A stretch of DNA of 64,000 nt, from positions 79,429 through 143,428 of IMG/VR virus record IMGVR_UViG_3300021603_000005; one strand, 5' to 3'. Below are positions 9,787 through 19,669 of this stretch, piece after piece. Within the stretch, counting starts at the first letter, position 1; each line of letters opens with the position of its first letter. Position numbers and translations under genes: made by a program. Source of the DNA: a virus (Duplodnaviria > Caudoviricetes). Below the pieces are notes generated by a model that saw only the letters and a program-made list of their open reading frames with translations, was not told where the DNA came from and did no database searches.

Positions 9787-10428
9787 TTAGATATACTCTA
9801 CTTCAACTGCTAATCCAAACAACTTGCTATTTGGTGTGTTTGGAGTACATGATATCGCAACATACCAGTCGTGCCTTGTATCGATAGTTAGGTCGCCGTT
9901 AGGGCGTAAACCAGATGTGCCGGGTGTATCTATCAAACCAAGGGACTCAGATCCATGGACCCAAGACCAAGCCTCATCACCGGAACCCGTATTATCTTGC
10001 GACGTAGACGTATGTATAATCTCGCTACAGTAACACAGCAATCCAGACGGGTCATGAGACAGGACATTTCCGTCATAAATGTACATCGCCGCATTTTGTG
10101 TTCTTACCGCTTCTACGTGCTCGAATCTGATATTGAGTGATGCCATATAATTAGGCAAATTTCTTAATGGAATTCCATCGCCCACTTGACCAAATATAAC
10201 CCCGGATGCCCCATTTATTCCACTAAGCGAGCCTCCTGTACCAATGGTCAGCTTATTATTATTGCACTCTATTCCATTGGTCAGGCCAGACGGATCAGTG
10301 ATGAATGTTCTCCCTTGAAACGATCCTATGCCTACAGGAGATCCGAATCCAGAATCACCATAAAATCCTATACCCGAGCCAATTGCTAGACTAGTTTGAT
10401 TGTTTATCCATATGCTTATATTGGCCAT
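9787..10428 (-). CDS. Putative virion structural protein, paralog of 9135..9749
   Basis: GSGIGFYG, LNIRF, VRTQNA, HDWYVAIS. Confidence 0.7.
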   Translation of the reverse strand: MANISIWINNQTSLAIGSGIGFYGDSGFGSPVGIGSFQGRTFITDPSGLTNGIECNNNKLTIGTGGSLSGINGASGVIFGQVGDGIPLRNLPNYMASLNIRFEHVEAVRTQNAAMYIYDGNVLSHDPSGLLCYCSEIIHTSTSQDNTGSGDEAWSWVHGSESLGLIDTPGTSGLRPNGDLTIDTRHDWYVAISCTPNTPNSKLFGLAVEVEYI

Positions 10429-10443
10429 AATACCCTCTCTTTT

Positions 10444-10451
10444 TTATACAC
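10444..10451 (-). promoter_or_regulatory. GTGTATAA late promoter motif
   Basis: 15 nt upstream of ATG 10428. Confidence 0.7.
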
Positions 10452-11272
10452 TATACCGGATCTGCGTACATGTAATATCTGTGACCGAGATAGTTTAGCA
10501 TATCATATACGCCAAGAATAGATAAGAGCGTATATTGATACTGCGATTCTTTATACCAATTTATATCAACACTTTCTATATCTCCGGTCGGCGGGGGTAG
10601 ATTATCCATCATGTTCGGAAATCCCATAAAGTAGACATATCGATCCGTGATATCATAACGAAGTTTTGGATGATAGTATAATAAATTTGGGTCGGCGATT
10701 TGGTCTGGACCGGCCGTATAATAATATGCCTTGTGTGAAACCGGTTGGAATGGTGGCAGCGGAGAGATAATGGGATCTATTTCTTCAAAAATAAAACCAG
10801 CATCATGATTTTGTAGATGTTTTAATCTTAATTGCTCGAACCAGCTTTTGAATAATGGTATTGCTTCATTGTAGTTATCTATCGAAGCCATTCCCCAGGA
10901 ATTGTTTTCGTCATCGGTATCATGCCCATAGACCATTGTCTGTGTGCCGTCAATTAACTTCAATGGAAGCGCCAACGAACTGATAGTTTTGTAGTCTGTA
11001 TACGGCTGATGATTATAGAAGGCATATAATATATTAAATTGCCTTAGTATATTTTTAAGTAAGAATGTATCACACACTACATTCTGTTGATTAGATATTA
11101 TATTATCAAAAAAGGTATCCATATATGGACACGTTACCCTTTGAACGTTTACGCCATATCCTGCATATGGTGGTATACTATAAAACCCATAGAACACATC
11201 AACAAACGGGGGTATTACATCTCCACTAACAACAAATGGTATCTGTAGGTATGGATCTGTCACAGTTGCCAT
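10451..11272 (-). CDS. Hypothetical tail-region protein (Tyr/Pro-rich)
   Basis: 273-aa ORF coupled to the tail-tip genes. Confidence 0.55.
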   Translation of the reverse strand: MATVTDPYLQIPFVVSGDVIPPFVDVFYGFYSIPPYAGYGVNVQRVTCPYMDTFFDNIISNQQNVVCDTFLLKNILRQFNILYAFYNHQPYTDYKTISSLALPLKLIDGTQTMVYGHDTDDENNSWGMASIDNYNEAIPLFKSWFEQLRLKHLQNHDAGFIFEEIDPIISPLPPFQPVSHKAYYYTAGPDQIADPNLLYYHPKLRYDITDRYVYFMGFPNMMDNLPPPTGDIESVDINWYKESQYQYTLLSILGVYDMLNYLGHRYYMYADPV

Positions 11273-11273
11273 A

Positions 11274-13817
11274 TTATGATATCTCCGATGGATACATGAA
11301 TACGTTCATTGCCTGATCTATATATGGCTTAAAGGTATGGTTTTCTTGTTCAACCCATCTTACAGAAACTGCTGTGCCAACCGGGATATATCCAGGACCG
11401 GAATATGGCTCACCAAGATTTAGAACCGTATCAAGTAAATTTAATTCACTATCCGTAAACATTGATGTATCACCCTCTACTACCGTAACTTCGTAGTTTG
11501 GTGGTCCGACCTTAGACGATGGTGGATTCAACGACCTGGCAATAGTGCATTTAAGTTCCGGTGGTGACGGTAGGGCCTCTTCAACGACCCATGCAGTAAC
11601 AGCAACTATATTATTTGATGTATATCTATCTGGATACAATCCCCATTTGGCTGGTTTTATTCTTAAGAACATTCCAATTGGTAGGTGTGCAGGTGCGTCT
11701 GGGTACTCAGATAGGTTTGTTACTGCAACATTAAATATGGCAGCGGGAACAAGTTGGACATACCCATTAACAAGAGTCTGTTTGTGAATTTGACACATAT
11801 ACCACGGATGATCACTATCCCTACTAATTATCTTGGCGACGATTGACCCATCACCCCCAGCACCACGATTAACCCTATGCTCTGGAGGATCTTTAAAAAT
11901 ATCCTCTGGATATTCTGGATATTGTTGTCTAGCCTGATCTCTTTTGAGCTTGTCAATCAACTCTTGATAGTATCTTTGATATCTACCAAGTTCGTTGGTA
12001 TAGAGATTGCACTTATAAACGGTTGTTACACCACGAATATCATACGATACACTAATATTTGTGATATTGGTTCCACGACCAATTGCTGTTCCAAGATTAA
12101 CTGTTGGTAATCCAGGAACCTCTAATTCACCAGTATCAAACTCTGTAATACGATGTGTGTATGTTCTAATTCTGGCATATGCAATTTTGTTCATAATATC
12201 AATGGCATCATCCATAGACATGCCACGATACGAGTACGCCCATGGCGTTAATGACGAATCAAAGACAACCCTTGTTTTTCCGGGCAATCTTAGTTGTGGT
12301 GGAATCAAAGTATCGCTCGTCCATGGGCCATATGAATCTCGACGATCAATAATCGGTATGTAAACAGAGCCGACCTGTGTCATTCTAGACACTTCTCCGT
12401 TTGTCTCTAGTGCCCCATAACTAGTTCTAGTCCCAATCAAAACCTCTAGCGGGACCGGGAATGTAATAAGCAAAATGCTGCCCCGTTTATTCGATGGAGC
12501 GCCAGGCACCTTATATAGATCTACGCGATCTACCGATATCTTCATATAGTATCTGTTTTGGCCAGTTCCCAGTAAATCTGACGAGTCAACAACTTGATCT
12601 GCCCACTCACCACCAACGGTACTTGGATTATTTAGTACAGCGAAAGCAACCCATCTTCCATCACTGACACCAAATTTCAATTGACCGTCTGTTGGTAAAC
12701 TTTCTGGAGAAGTATTGTCCTCCCACCACCCCTCATTAACAGTATCTATCCATGGAACATTGTCGCTATCAATTAATGACGCTGGTATGTCGATATAGAA
12801 GGTTCTTCCCCAGTGATTTTCAGCATAAGACGTTAGCGCCTTCAATTCTTCTTCTGGTAAATTGGTAATTCGACCATTAAGAGCATCCTTCATCTCATCG
12901 ATAGATGTGAATCTTGTTCTTATTATTCCTTCCCTAGACACTATCTTAAATCTTGGGGAAGTTAATACGCCTCCTTCGTCATCGAATCCCCAAAATGGTT
13001 TAAGTAGACTGCCATTATATTTTGTAAGTGTTTGTTTGTTAGCCCCAAGAACTATCGTTCTTGTTACCTCGTCTCGATTTTCTACACCAGTTACCAGTCG
13101 AATAACAGAATTTGGATATTGACTAGCTAGTCCATCCATATCAAGAGAAACAACTTTTCGCTGTAGTGTACGAACATAAACGTCGTAGACAGATCCATTT
13201 TTAACAGTATCTACATACCATTCGAATCCATGATCATCTGCTACTTGATTAATAAATTCTATTAACGACATTGCAGAGCCACGAACCCTGTATGGAATAC
13301 GCTCATTCAATCCAGTTGTGCTTTGTATAGTTCGCGATGTTGTTGTGATATCGCTAAGATTGACACGAAACGATATCTCCCCATATTTATAGATAACGCT
13401 CTCTATCCTATTTTTGATAGTAGAATATTTAACCCCTCCTACCAAATCCTCATTTGTTTCGGGCTGAACTAATACTACATTTTCCCCAAGATTAACTCCT
13501 GTTGGTGACTGAACAACCACCTGAACACAATCCATTGCAGGTCTCATATCAGTCATGCGAACCGAATATACACCGCTTCCGGCCACATTAATAATCTGAT
13601 TATCCCACATCTGTATTAAGCCATAAAAATCTAACGACCCTATCTGTATATGCTCAATGTGTCTCATGCCCTGTCGTGGTAATCCGGCAAGCGTAAAATG
13701 ATGTGATTCATCCTCTACGACAGACATATTATATGTCGTTGGGTTTTGGTTCCAACCAAACTGAGCACCAAAACTCCTAAGATAACAACCAAAGATAATC
13801 TTTTGCTGAATTTCCAT
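11274..13817 (-). CDS. Tail tip/baseplate hub-like protein
   Basis: Downstream of the TMP; SLIEFINQVADDHGFEWY hub-like segment; two C-terminal repeats (NLxExxxxPxxxPxG). Confidence 0.55.
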   Translation of the reverse strand: MEIQQKIIFGCYLRSFGAQFGWNQNPTTYNMSVVEDESHHFTLAGLPRQGMRHIEHIQIGSLDFYGLIQMWDNQIINVAGSGVYSVRMTDMRPAMDCVQVVVQSPTGVNLGENVVLVQPETNEDLVGGVKYSTIKNRIESVIYKYGEISFRVNLSDITTTSRTIQSTTGLNERIPYRVRGSAMSLIEFINQVADDHGFEWYVDTVKNGSVYDVYVRTLQRKVVSLDMDGLASQYPNSVIRLVTGVENRDEVTRTIVLGANKQTLTKYNGSLLKPFWGFDDEGGVLTSPRFKIVSREGIIRTRFTSIDEMKDALNGRITNLPEEELKALTSYAENHWGRTFYIDIPASLIDSDNVPWIDTVNEGWWEDNTSPESLPTDGQLKFGVSDGRWVAFAVLNNPSTVGGEWADQVVDSSDLLGTGQNRYYMKISVDRVDLYKVPGAPSNKRGSILLITFPVPLEVLIGTRTSYGALETNGEVSRMTQVGSVYIPIIDRRDSYGPWTSDTLIPPQLRLPGKTRVVFDSSLTPWAYSYRGMSMDDAIDIMNKIAYARIRTYTHRITEFDTGELEVPGLPTVNLGTAIGRGTNITNISVSYDIRGVTTVYKCNLYTNELGRYQRYYQELIDKLKRDQARQQYPEYPEDIFKDPPEHRVNRGAGGDGSIVAKIISRDSDHPWYMCQIHKQTLVNGYVQLVPAAIFNVAVTNLSEYPDAPAHLPIGMFLRIKPAKWGLYPDRYTSNNIVAVTAWVVEEALPSPPELKCTIARSLNPPSSKVGPPNYEVTVVEGDTSMFTDSELNLLDTVLNLGEPYSGPGYIPVGTAVSVRWVEQENHTFKPYIDQAMNVFMYPSEIS

Positions 13818-15517
13818 TAGAACCCTTCCTTGATAAGGTATCTAATTGTCCTGTCGTATGTAAATGCTGTTGGACTCCAATTTTCACTATCCCCTATCAT
13901 AATAAAACCACTAGACGGAATACTTAGGTATTCATCGCACATTGTTCGCATAACGGAACTTGACGGTCTGGCCGTATATCCCTTACCCTTTATCGTAATT
14001 GTAGTGATTTTTTCGTTAACAGTATTCATGTCCTGGATCACTGGACCCAAAAGCCTTCCAGGTATCGGAAGGATAGCAGTTATTTGAGCACGATTCTGGT
14101 CTTGTATACTAACTTCTAATTGATTATCAGATGATGTATCCCACGTCCATGACACCCTAATGGTACCCGATTTTTCATTGACAGCAGACACCTTGGTTCG
14201 TATTGTATTGCTTACTACGGATGTGTCTGGTATCAGCGAATCTATTATCTCAATAGCCTTTTCCCTGGCCGCAGCGTCACTGGGAACAGCACCCCTAGCA
14301 TTATTCAGTTTTTCCTCTGATGTATCGCCAAGTCCACGGATATCTGCCGATAGAGTAATAACATACTGACTATTTTCTGAAGTATAGTTAACGTTAGCTT
14401 CGTAGTAGATTAGTACGTCTGGATTCTCGGTACTATTCCATTCGTATGAAAACGAGGCGGTTCCTTGTGACTGATTAAGTCCGACAGACTTCACATATGG
14501 AGATTCGCCTATCGTTGCCCCACCTAATAATGTGCCAACAGCGATAAGAGCTTCTGCTCTTGCCATGGATTGTGATGGAACATAATCCCTGGCGATGTCC
14601 ATAGCGGAGACATCTCCAGCAGCCTTGTTACTAGACACTCCATAAACAATTCCGTCGTATCTGACACGATATTCGTCATTTTCCTGCGAATAGTCTATGC
14701 TAAAGCTTTTCTCTATGTAATGGTTGCCAGAGCCAAGTGTCCATGACTCCTTTATGGAGTATGTTCCGTCGAACGATCCTATACTTGATGTTTTGGTGTA
14801 CGCGCCACCCATCCATGTATCTACACCAATAATGCTGGTTAGAACGCCAGACGGAATAAGTCCTATCGCCTTTGTGTCACACCACGCTTTTGCGTGTTGC
14901 CACGCTTCTTCTCCATCGTACTTACTGCCCGTTTCGTCGTACCCAAGTATTCCACGCGCGTTAACATCGTGTGTAACCCTAAACATCTGACCTTCGCGAC
15001 CTTCCATATCCTCGAAAGACCACGCCTCTCCAGCAGATTCTATTAAATCAAAGTTGAATGTATCTTCATGACTTAGCGTTCCATTGATGTATATCCAATC
15101 GGCCTGAAGCCTAATTGTATAGTCACACCTCTGTGTCCATATACCCTCTGTGAAGCTAATATCCAGTATTCGTGGGTTGCACTTCACGACCGGTTGACCA
15201 GATTGCGGTTGCCACTCTAATGATTGTCCGTCTTGCGAAAACAACCATCTAATAGCCTCTTGTTTACGTAATATAGAATTAAAATCTTCATTATTTTCCG
15301 CATACGATTCGTCTGGTGGATAGTTAGACAACTCCCAAAATGCATCGGCTAGATTTGTGTAATGACCACTAGGAGATCCTTTAAATGGCAACAATGTTCC
15401 AGTCAGGGTAATGTCGTAGTTGGCACCAATCTTACCACCGTCCTCGGTTGTTTGATAGGTTTTATTCAGTGTTACCAGTGGTGCTGGTATGATTGCCTTT
15501 CCGCTATATCGCAACAT
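13817..15517 (-). CDS. Distal tail/baseplate-like protein with internal repeats
   Basis: Position in the tail module; repeated ARxxVPSxxxARxxA modules. Confidence 0.5.
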   Translation of the reverse strand: MLRYSGKAIIPAPLVTLNKTYQTTEDGGKIGANYDITLTGTLLPFKGSPSGHYTNLADAFWELSNYPPDESYAENNEDFNSILRKQEAIRWLFSQDGQSLEWQPQSGQPVVKCNPRILDISFTEGIWTQRCDYTIRLQADWIYINGTLSHEDTFNFDLIESAGEAWSFEDMEGREGQMFRVTHDVNARGILGYDETGSKYDGEEAWQHAKAWCDTKAIGLIPSGVLTSIIGVDTWMGGAYTKTSSIGSFDGTYSIKESWTLGSGNHYIEKSFSIDYSQENDEYRVRYDGIVYGVSSNKAAGDVSAMDIARDYVPSQSMARAEALIAVGTLLGGATIGESPYVKSVGLNQSQGTASFSYEWNSTENPDVLIYYEANVNYTSENSQYVITLSADIRGLGDTSEEKLNNARGAVPSDAAAREKAIEIIDSLIPDTSVVSNTIRTKVSAVNEKSGTIRVSWTWDTSSDNQLEVSIQDQNRAQITAILPIPGRLLGPVIQDMNTVNEKITTITIKGKGYTARPSSSVMRTMCDEYLSIPSSGFIMIGDSENWSPTAFTYDRTIRYLIKEGF

Positions 15518-15529
15518 TGCTATTCTCCA

Positions 15530-18500
15530 TTAGTATCCATGCTCATAGAAAGTTATATACCCAGATGACAGGGTTCCGTATGCCGTGAAACCATACACAA
15601 ATAAGTCGATATTGCTCGTCGATATAGTGTTAGTTCCATTGGTAAAGAGATTAATCTTGCTATTTTTGGTCGTATGTCCGTGGACCATAAATTCTACGTT
15701 GTCATATGATATACCAGAAATTCCAAAGACATACAGATTTGTTACACCAGAAGGCCATTCAAAACCTGTAATACACATGTCAATATACGCCACTTCCCCA
15801 GTATGTACGTCAAGATATAGTGGCCAGGAACCACTTGTGTCGTATGATAATTCTCCATCTCCTATGGTATAAAGATCGCATATACCAGACGAGTTAATGT
15901 CTGGTCCGCTGATAAACAGACCTATGTATCCGCTTGGCCAAGACAACGTTTGCATAAACAGCGGACATGTAATTCCGCCGCTCTGTGTAATAATTCCAGA
16001 TTCTACGTTTATAAACAGGTGCCAGGATTGATCCATCGTAGATGGAGCAGAATCGTTGTACACCGATAGGGGCAATGACTTTAATGTAAATCCAAGTGTT
16101 TGTCCAGATGGAGATCCATAGACCATTAAGTCTAACGAAGAATTTTCATCACCATCATAGGTCTTCAAAAATAATGGCTGACTATATCCAAATATTCCAT
16201 ATACATATAGATCAACAGATTCTGTTATAATCTGTGCCTTCAGGAATAAGTCAACTGACTCAGAACAGATCTCCGGACCCATCGTATGTAAATCGATTGA
16301 ACCAGAAGATAGTAAGTGCCCATTTTCTGTTACATCAATATTACCAGACGATACGTCTGCCGACGACACAAACAGATCGATGCTATCGCTTACAGATTCA
16401 AAACCTCCAATAATGGTGTCGATAAAACCACTTTGCTTTTCGTGTCCACCTAAATGTAAGTCAATTGTGTTGGCTGGATAAAAATCCATCGGAATAAGAG
16501 AAAGGCCACATTGATATATTTTTTGTAATTCATCATAAGTAAATTTTGGAATATTTTTCCATAAAACAACTTCGTCTGTTTTATATCCTGGCGAACTAAC
16601 AAAGTTGGAATATCTGAAAAAAGCATGAGAAGCTATTCCGCTTGGATATCTTGTTTCTGGCAAAGAACCCATGCTCTGCCATCCACTACCGTTCAGGCTA
16701 ATATCGCCGGATGCAGTTGTTCCATCAAATACTAGGCGAGATATAATTAAATGCCATCCACCGACAAAATTCGGTGTTAGAAACTCCGGTAATGAATAAG
16801 GGTTTGAACCAAGATAATAACTCATTTCGACATTGGAGTATACCCATGACGGATAAATACCTTCATCAATAACACCGCTATTGCTCCATCCAAATATACA
16901 GCCATTTACTGCACCTTGTGTCCAGTACATCGACGTTATCGATATAGTACCAGACGAAGAGTCATAGAGTGGATTGACTTCGTGATAAAACGATGCGCCA
17001 ACATCTGGATAGAATCCATCACCAGTAATTCCGCTTCCTATTAGTCCACTGACATATATCGCGCCAAGTGTATCCCACTCAACGAGTTTCGTTTGTTCAA
17101 GATTTCCTGATGTGAACGGATGATAATACACCACGTTATCTGGGTATGGTAGGTGTTGACCTATGAATCTAACATCGGGCAGGTATCCAGAAACATAAGC
17201 TGGTATTGTTCCAGATGATTGCTCAGGAACATCAATGAATAGATCTATACTTCCGCTGGAAGTAATACATCCCCCTATGTATAAATCCTTGGTATTCGAT
17301 GGATATTGATCCATTGAAAATTGCGATAAGCCCATTTGATAAAATGTTTTTAGTTGATCGGTCGATAGTTTAGGTATATTGTGCCACAGAATTACTTCGT
17401 CGCACGGAAAATAATCCATTGGGCCTACTGTAAAATTATTGGGTTCAAATCGTACACTGGAACTTATCCCGGATGGCGTTCTAGTTTCTGACTTAACGGG
17501 AAGAGAAACCCAATCACCGCCGTTAACACTAACGTCCCCAGACGCGACAACCCCATTAAAATAAACTCTTCCTACAATTAATACCCACCCGCTTTGACTT
17601 ACGATATCACCACTAGGACTAAATATAACAGAGTTTCTGTCTCCAACTTTATATCCAACCGTACTCCTATTTGTTGTACTATTGACATGCAAAAGGATTG
17701 AATTATATGTATCAACTATGCTGTCACCCCAACCGATATCGTACTGCTTAACAAAACTATTCGATCCACTACTCCATATTGCCGCTGTATATGATGTGTC
17801 TCCGGAACAATCAGGATACAACGATCCCCTATCTCTTACCAGATAGGGACTAAGCGATGTTGGTTTAACTCCACTTCCTATAAAACCATCCGGTATCATT
17901 TGTGTGTTATAGCCAAACCACCACACGTTTTGGGTATATTCTAGTCCACCCGATGTAAACGGATGATAGAACACAACGTCGTTTGGATATAGTAAATGCG
18001 ATCCAATAGACCTTATTCCGTTAATGGATAAATCGCACAATCCACTAGAACATTCTTTTCCACACACAAACAGCGTAGTTTCTTCTGTGTCGTTGGCTGG
18101 TATTCCACCAATATATAAATTTATTTCATTAGATGGATATTGAGATAACTGCTTCCTAGAATCACCCAATTCATACAATTCAGATAACTGATCGTTTGTA
18201 AATTTTGGAATATTTCTCCATAGTACAACTTCATCTGCCGGATATTGTTGTGTCGAATATTTATGATAATGATACATTCTAAGGTGCGAATCTGTTCCGG
18301 TAGGATATGTCGATTCGCTTAGTGTTCCAACGTTCTTCCATCCACTTCCATTAATGCTTAGGTCGCCAGAGATATCTGTTCCATCAAAAGATATTCGTCC
18401 AATTAGCAGAGTCCAGCCACTTGTATCTGCATATGGCCCAGAAGTAGTAAAAAGAGTTGGTCCAGACCCATTAACCCAATATTGTAGTCTAAGATTATTT

Positions 18501-19657
18501 GATGCATCAACATAACATCTCAAGCCATTATAAAAGTTATTGTAATTACCCCATCCAGCACCATATAACGTATAATTATTGAAGCTACCGCTTGTCCAGA
18601 CCATCATTGTCATAGACGTGGTGCCAGATACACCAGCATATAAATTCCCGCGCTCGAATAATAGTGTACCATCATTCCATAGTGGCGCTGCAATAACGCC
18701 GCTGCCAATCAACCCTTCTTCTGTGTAAGATATGCTATCAAGATATCCAGACCATGATGCCGACTTCGTATATTCAATGCCACCAGACGTAAAGGGATGG
18801 TAAAACACTATGTTGTCCGGGTACAATGGATGCGCATCTAATAACACAGAGCTTTTTATGAACAAATCACAAGACCCAGAAGAAACACTTGGAATGGGAC
18901 CAGAAATAAACAGATCAATTGATTCTGATAAAGGATACTGTAATTCATAATCGCTCATCTGGCTATTGTATACGGTAGCTAGATCATACAGATTTTGTAA
19001 TTCTTCATTAGTAAACTGTGGCGCGTTTTTCCATAAAACAAATTCGTCAACGGGAACCTGCCATACCCCATTTTTTCTATTATTCTGATAATATCTTAGA
19101 TAAGCAGTATTGAGTGTTGGATAATTGGCTTCGCTTAATGCCCCCAGGCTCTGCCATCCACTACCATTTATACTAATGTCGCCAGATGCAACGGACCCAT
19201 CGAATAAAACCCTTGCTACTATCAGGTGCCACGCAACGTTTGTTCCAACTGGCCCAACAATTGAAAACGAGTCCAAGGATGTAGTTCTTGCATAGTACCC
19301 CAGCTTAACATGATCTGTTGAATCGGTATATATCTTTAATCCGTCAGTAAAATAATTGGCCACACTACCATATCCACCGGCTATATTCGTTTCGGCGCTG
19401 GCGTGAATACCGCTTGTCCAAACAGCCATCGTTAATGATGTCGTACCACTAGATGTTGGATAATCGGATAGTGTTTGTGTTTCTATATAATTTTCTGAAT
19501 ATCCCTGCTGTACACAAAATCCACTACCTATGAGTCCTGATGCCGTAGGATTAGCTCTGCCACTAACGTCTGTCCATAATTTGCCAGCCATATACTCATG
19601 TAAGCCAGACGTGAATGGCAGGTAAAATATTACGTTGTCGTTATACAAAAGACCCAT
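15530..19657 (-). CDS. 1375-aa tail appendage/adhesin: four LamG/ConA-like repeats plus a 14-aa SGxIDLF repeat shaft
   Basis: Four ~270-aa repeats FY(H/L)PFTSG…W.LI..R..F.G…DE(V/F)(V/I)LW.N.P.(F/L); C-terminal 14-residue periodic repeats. Confidence 0.7.
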   Translation of the reverse strand: MGLLYNDNVIFYLPFTSGLHEYMAGKLWTDVSGRANPTASGLIGSGFCVQQGYSENYIETQTLSDYPTSSGTTSLTMAVWTSGIHASAETNIAGGYGSVANYFTDGLKIYTDSTDHVKLGYYARTTSLDSFSIVGPVGTNVAWHLIVARVLFDGSVASGDISINGSGWQSLGALSEANYPTLNTAYLRYYQNNRKNGVWQVPVDEFVLWKNAPQFTNEELQNLYDLATVYNSQMSDYELQYPLSESIDLFISGPIPSVSSGSCDLFIKSSVLLDAHPLYPDNIVFYHPFTSGGIEYTKSASWSGYLDSISYTEEGLIGSGVIAAPLWNDGTLLFERGNLYAGVSGTTSMTMMVWTSGSFNNYTLYGAGWGNYNNFYNGLRCYVDASNNLRLQYWVNGSGPTLFTTSGPYADTSGWTLLIGRISFDGTDISGDLSINGSGWKNVGTLSESTYPTGTDSHLRMYHYHKYSTQQYPADEVVLWRNIPKFTNDQLSELYELGDSRKQLSQYPSNEINLYIGGIPANDTEETTLFVCGKECSSGLCDLSINGIRSIGSHLLYPNDVVFYHPFTSGGLEYTQNVWWFGYNTQMIPDGFIGSGVKPTSLSPYLVRDRGSLYPDCSGDTSYTAAIWSSGSNSFVKQYDIGWGDSIVDTYNSILLHVNSTTNRSTVGYKVGDRNSVIFSPSGDIVSQSGWVLIVGRVYFNGVVASGDVSVNGGDWVSLPVKSETRTPSGISSSVRFEPNNFTVGPMDYFPCDEVILWHNIPKLSTDQLKTFYQMGLSQFSMDQYPSNTKDLYIGGCITSSGSIDLFIDVPEQSSGTIPAYVSGYLPDVRFIGQHLPYPDNVVYYHPFTSGNLEQTKLVEWDTLGAIYVSGLIGSGITGDGFYPDVGASFYHEVNPLYDSSSGTISITSMYWTQGAVNGCIFGWSNSGVIDEGIYPSWVYSNVEMSYYLGSNPYSLPEFLTPNFVGGWHLIISRLVFDGTTASGDISLNGSGWQSMGSLPETRYPSGIASHAFFRYSNFVSSPGYKTDEVVLWKNIPKFTYDELQKIYQCGLSLIPMDFYPANTIDLHLGGHEKQSGFIDTIIGGFESVSDSIDLFVSSADVSSGNIDVTENGHLLSSGSIDLHTMGPEICSESVDLFLKAQIITESVDLYVYGIFGYSQPLFLKTYDGDENSSLDLMVYGSPSGQTLGFTLKSLPLSVYNDSAPSTMDQSWHLFINVESGIITQSGGITCPLFMQTLSWPSGYIGLFISGPDINSSGICDLYTIGDGELSYDTSGSWPLYLDVHTGEVAYIDMCITGFEWPSGVTNLYVFGISGISYDNVEFMVHGHTTKNSKINLFTNGTNTISTSNIDLFVYGFTAYGTLSSGYITFYEHGY
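15533..16470 (-). repeat. Protein-level ~14-aa tandem repeat (S-G/D/E-x-I-D-L-F-x-x-G)
   Basis: SGFIDTIIGGFESV/SDSIDLFVSSADVS/SGNIDVTENGHLLS/SGSIDLHTMGPEIC/SESVDLFLKAQIIT. Confidence 0.75.
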
Positions 19658-19669
19658 ATCATCCTCGTG

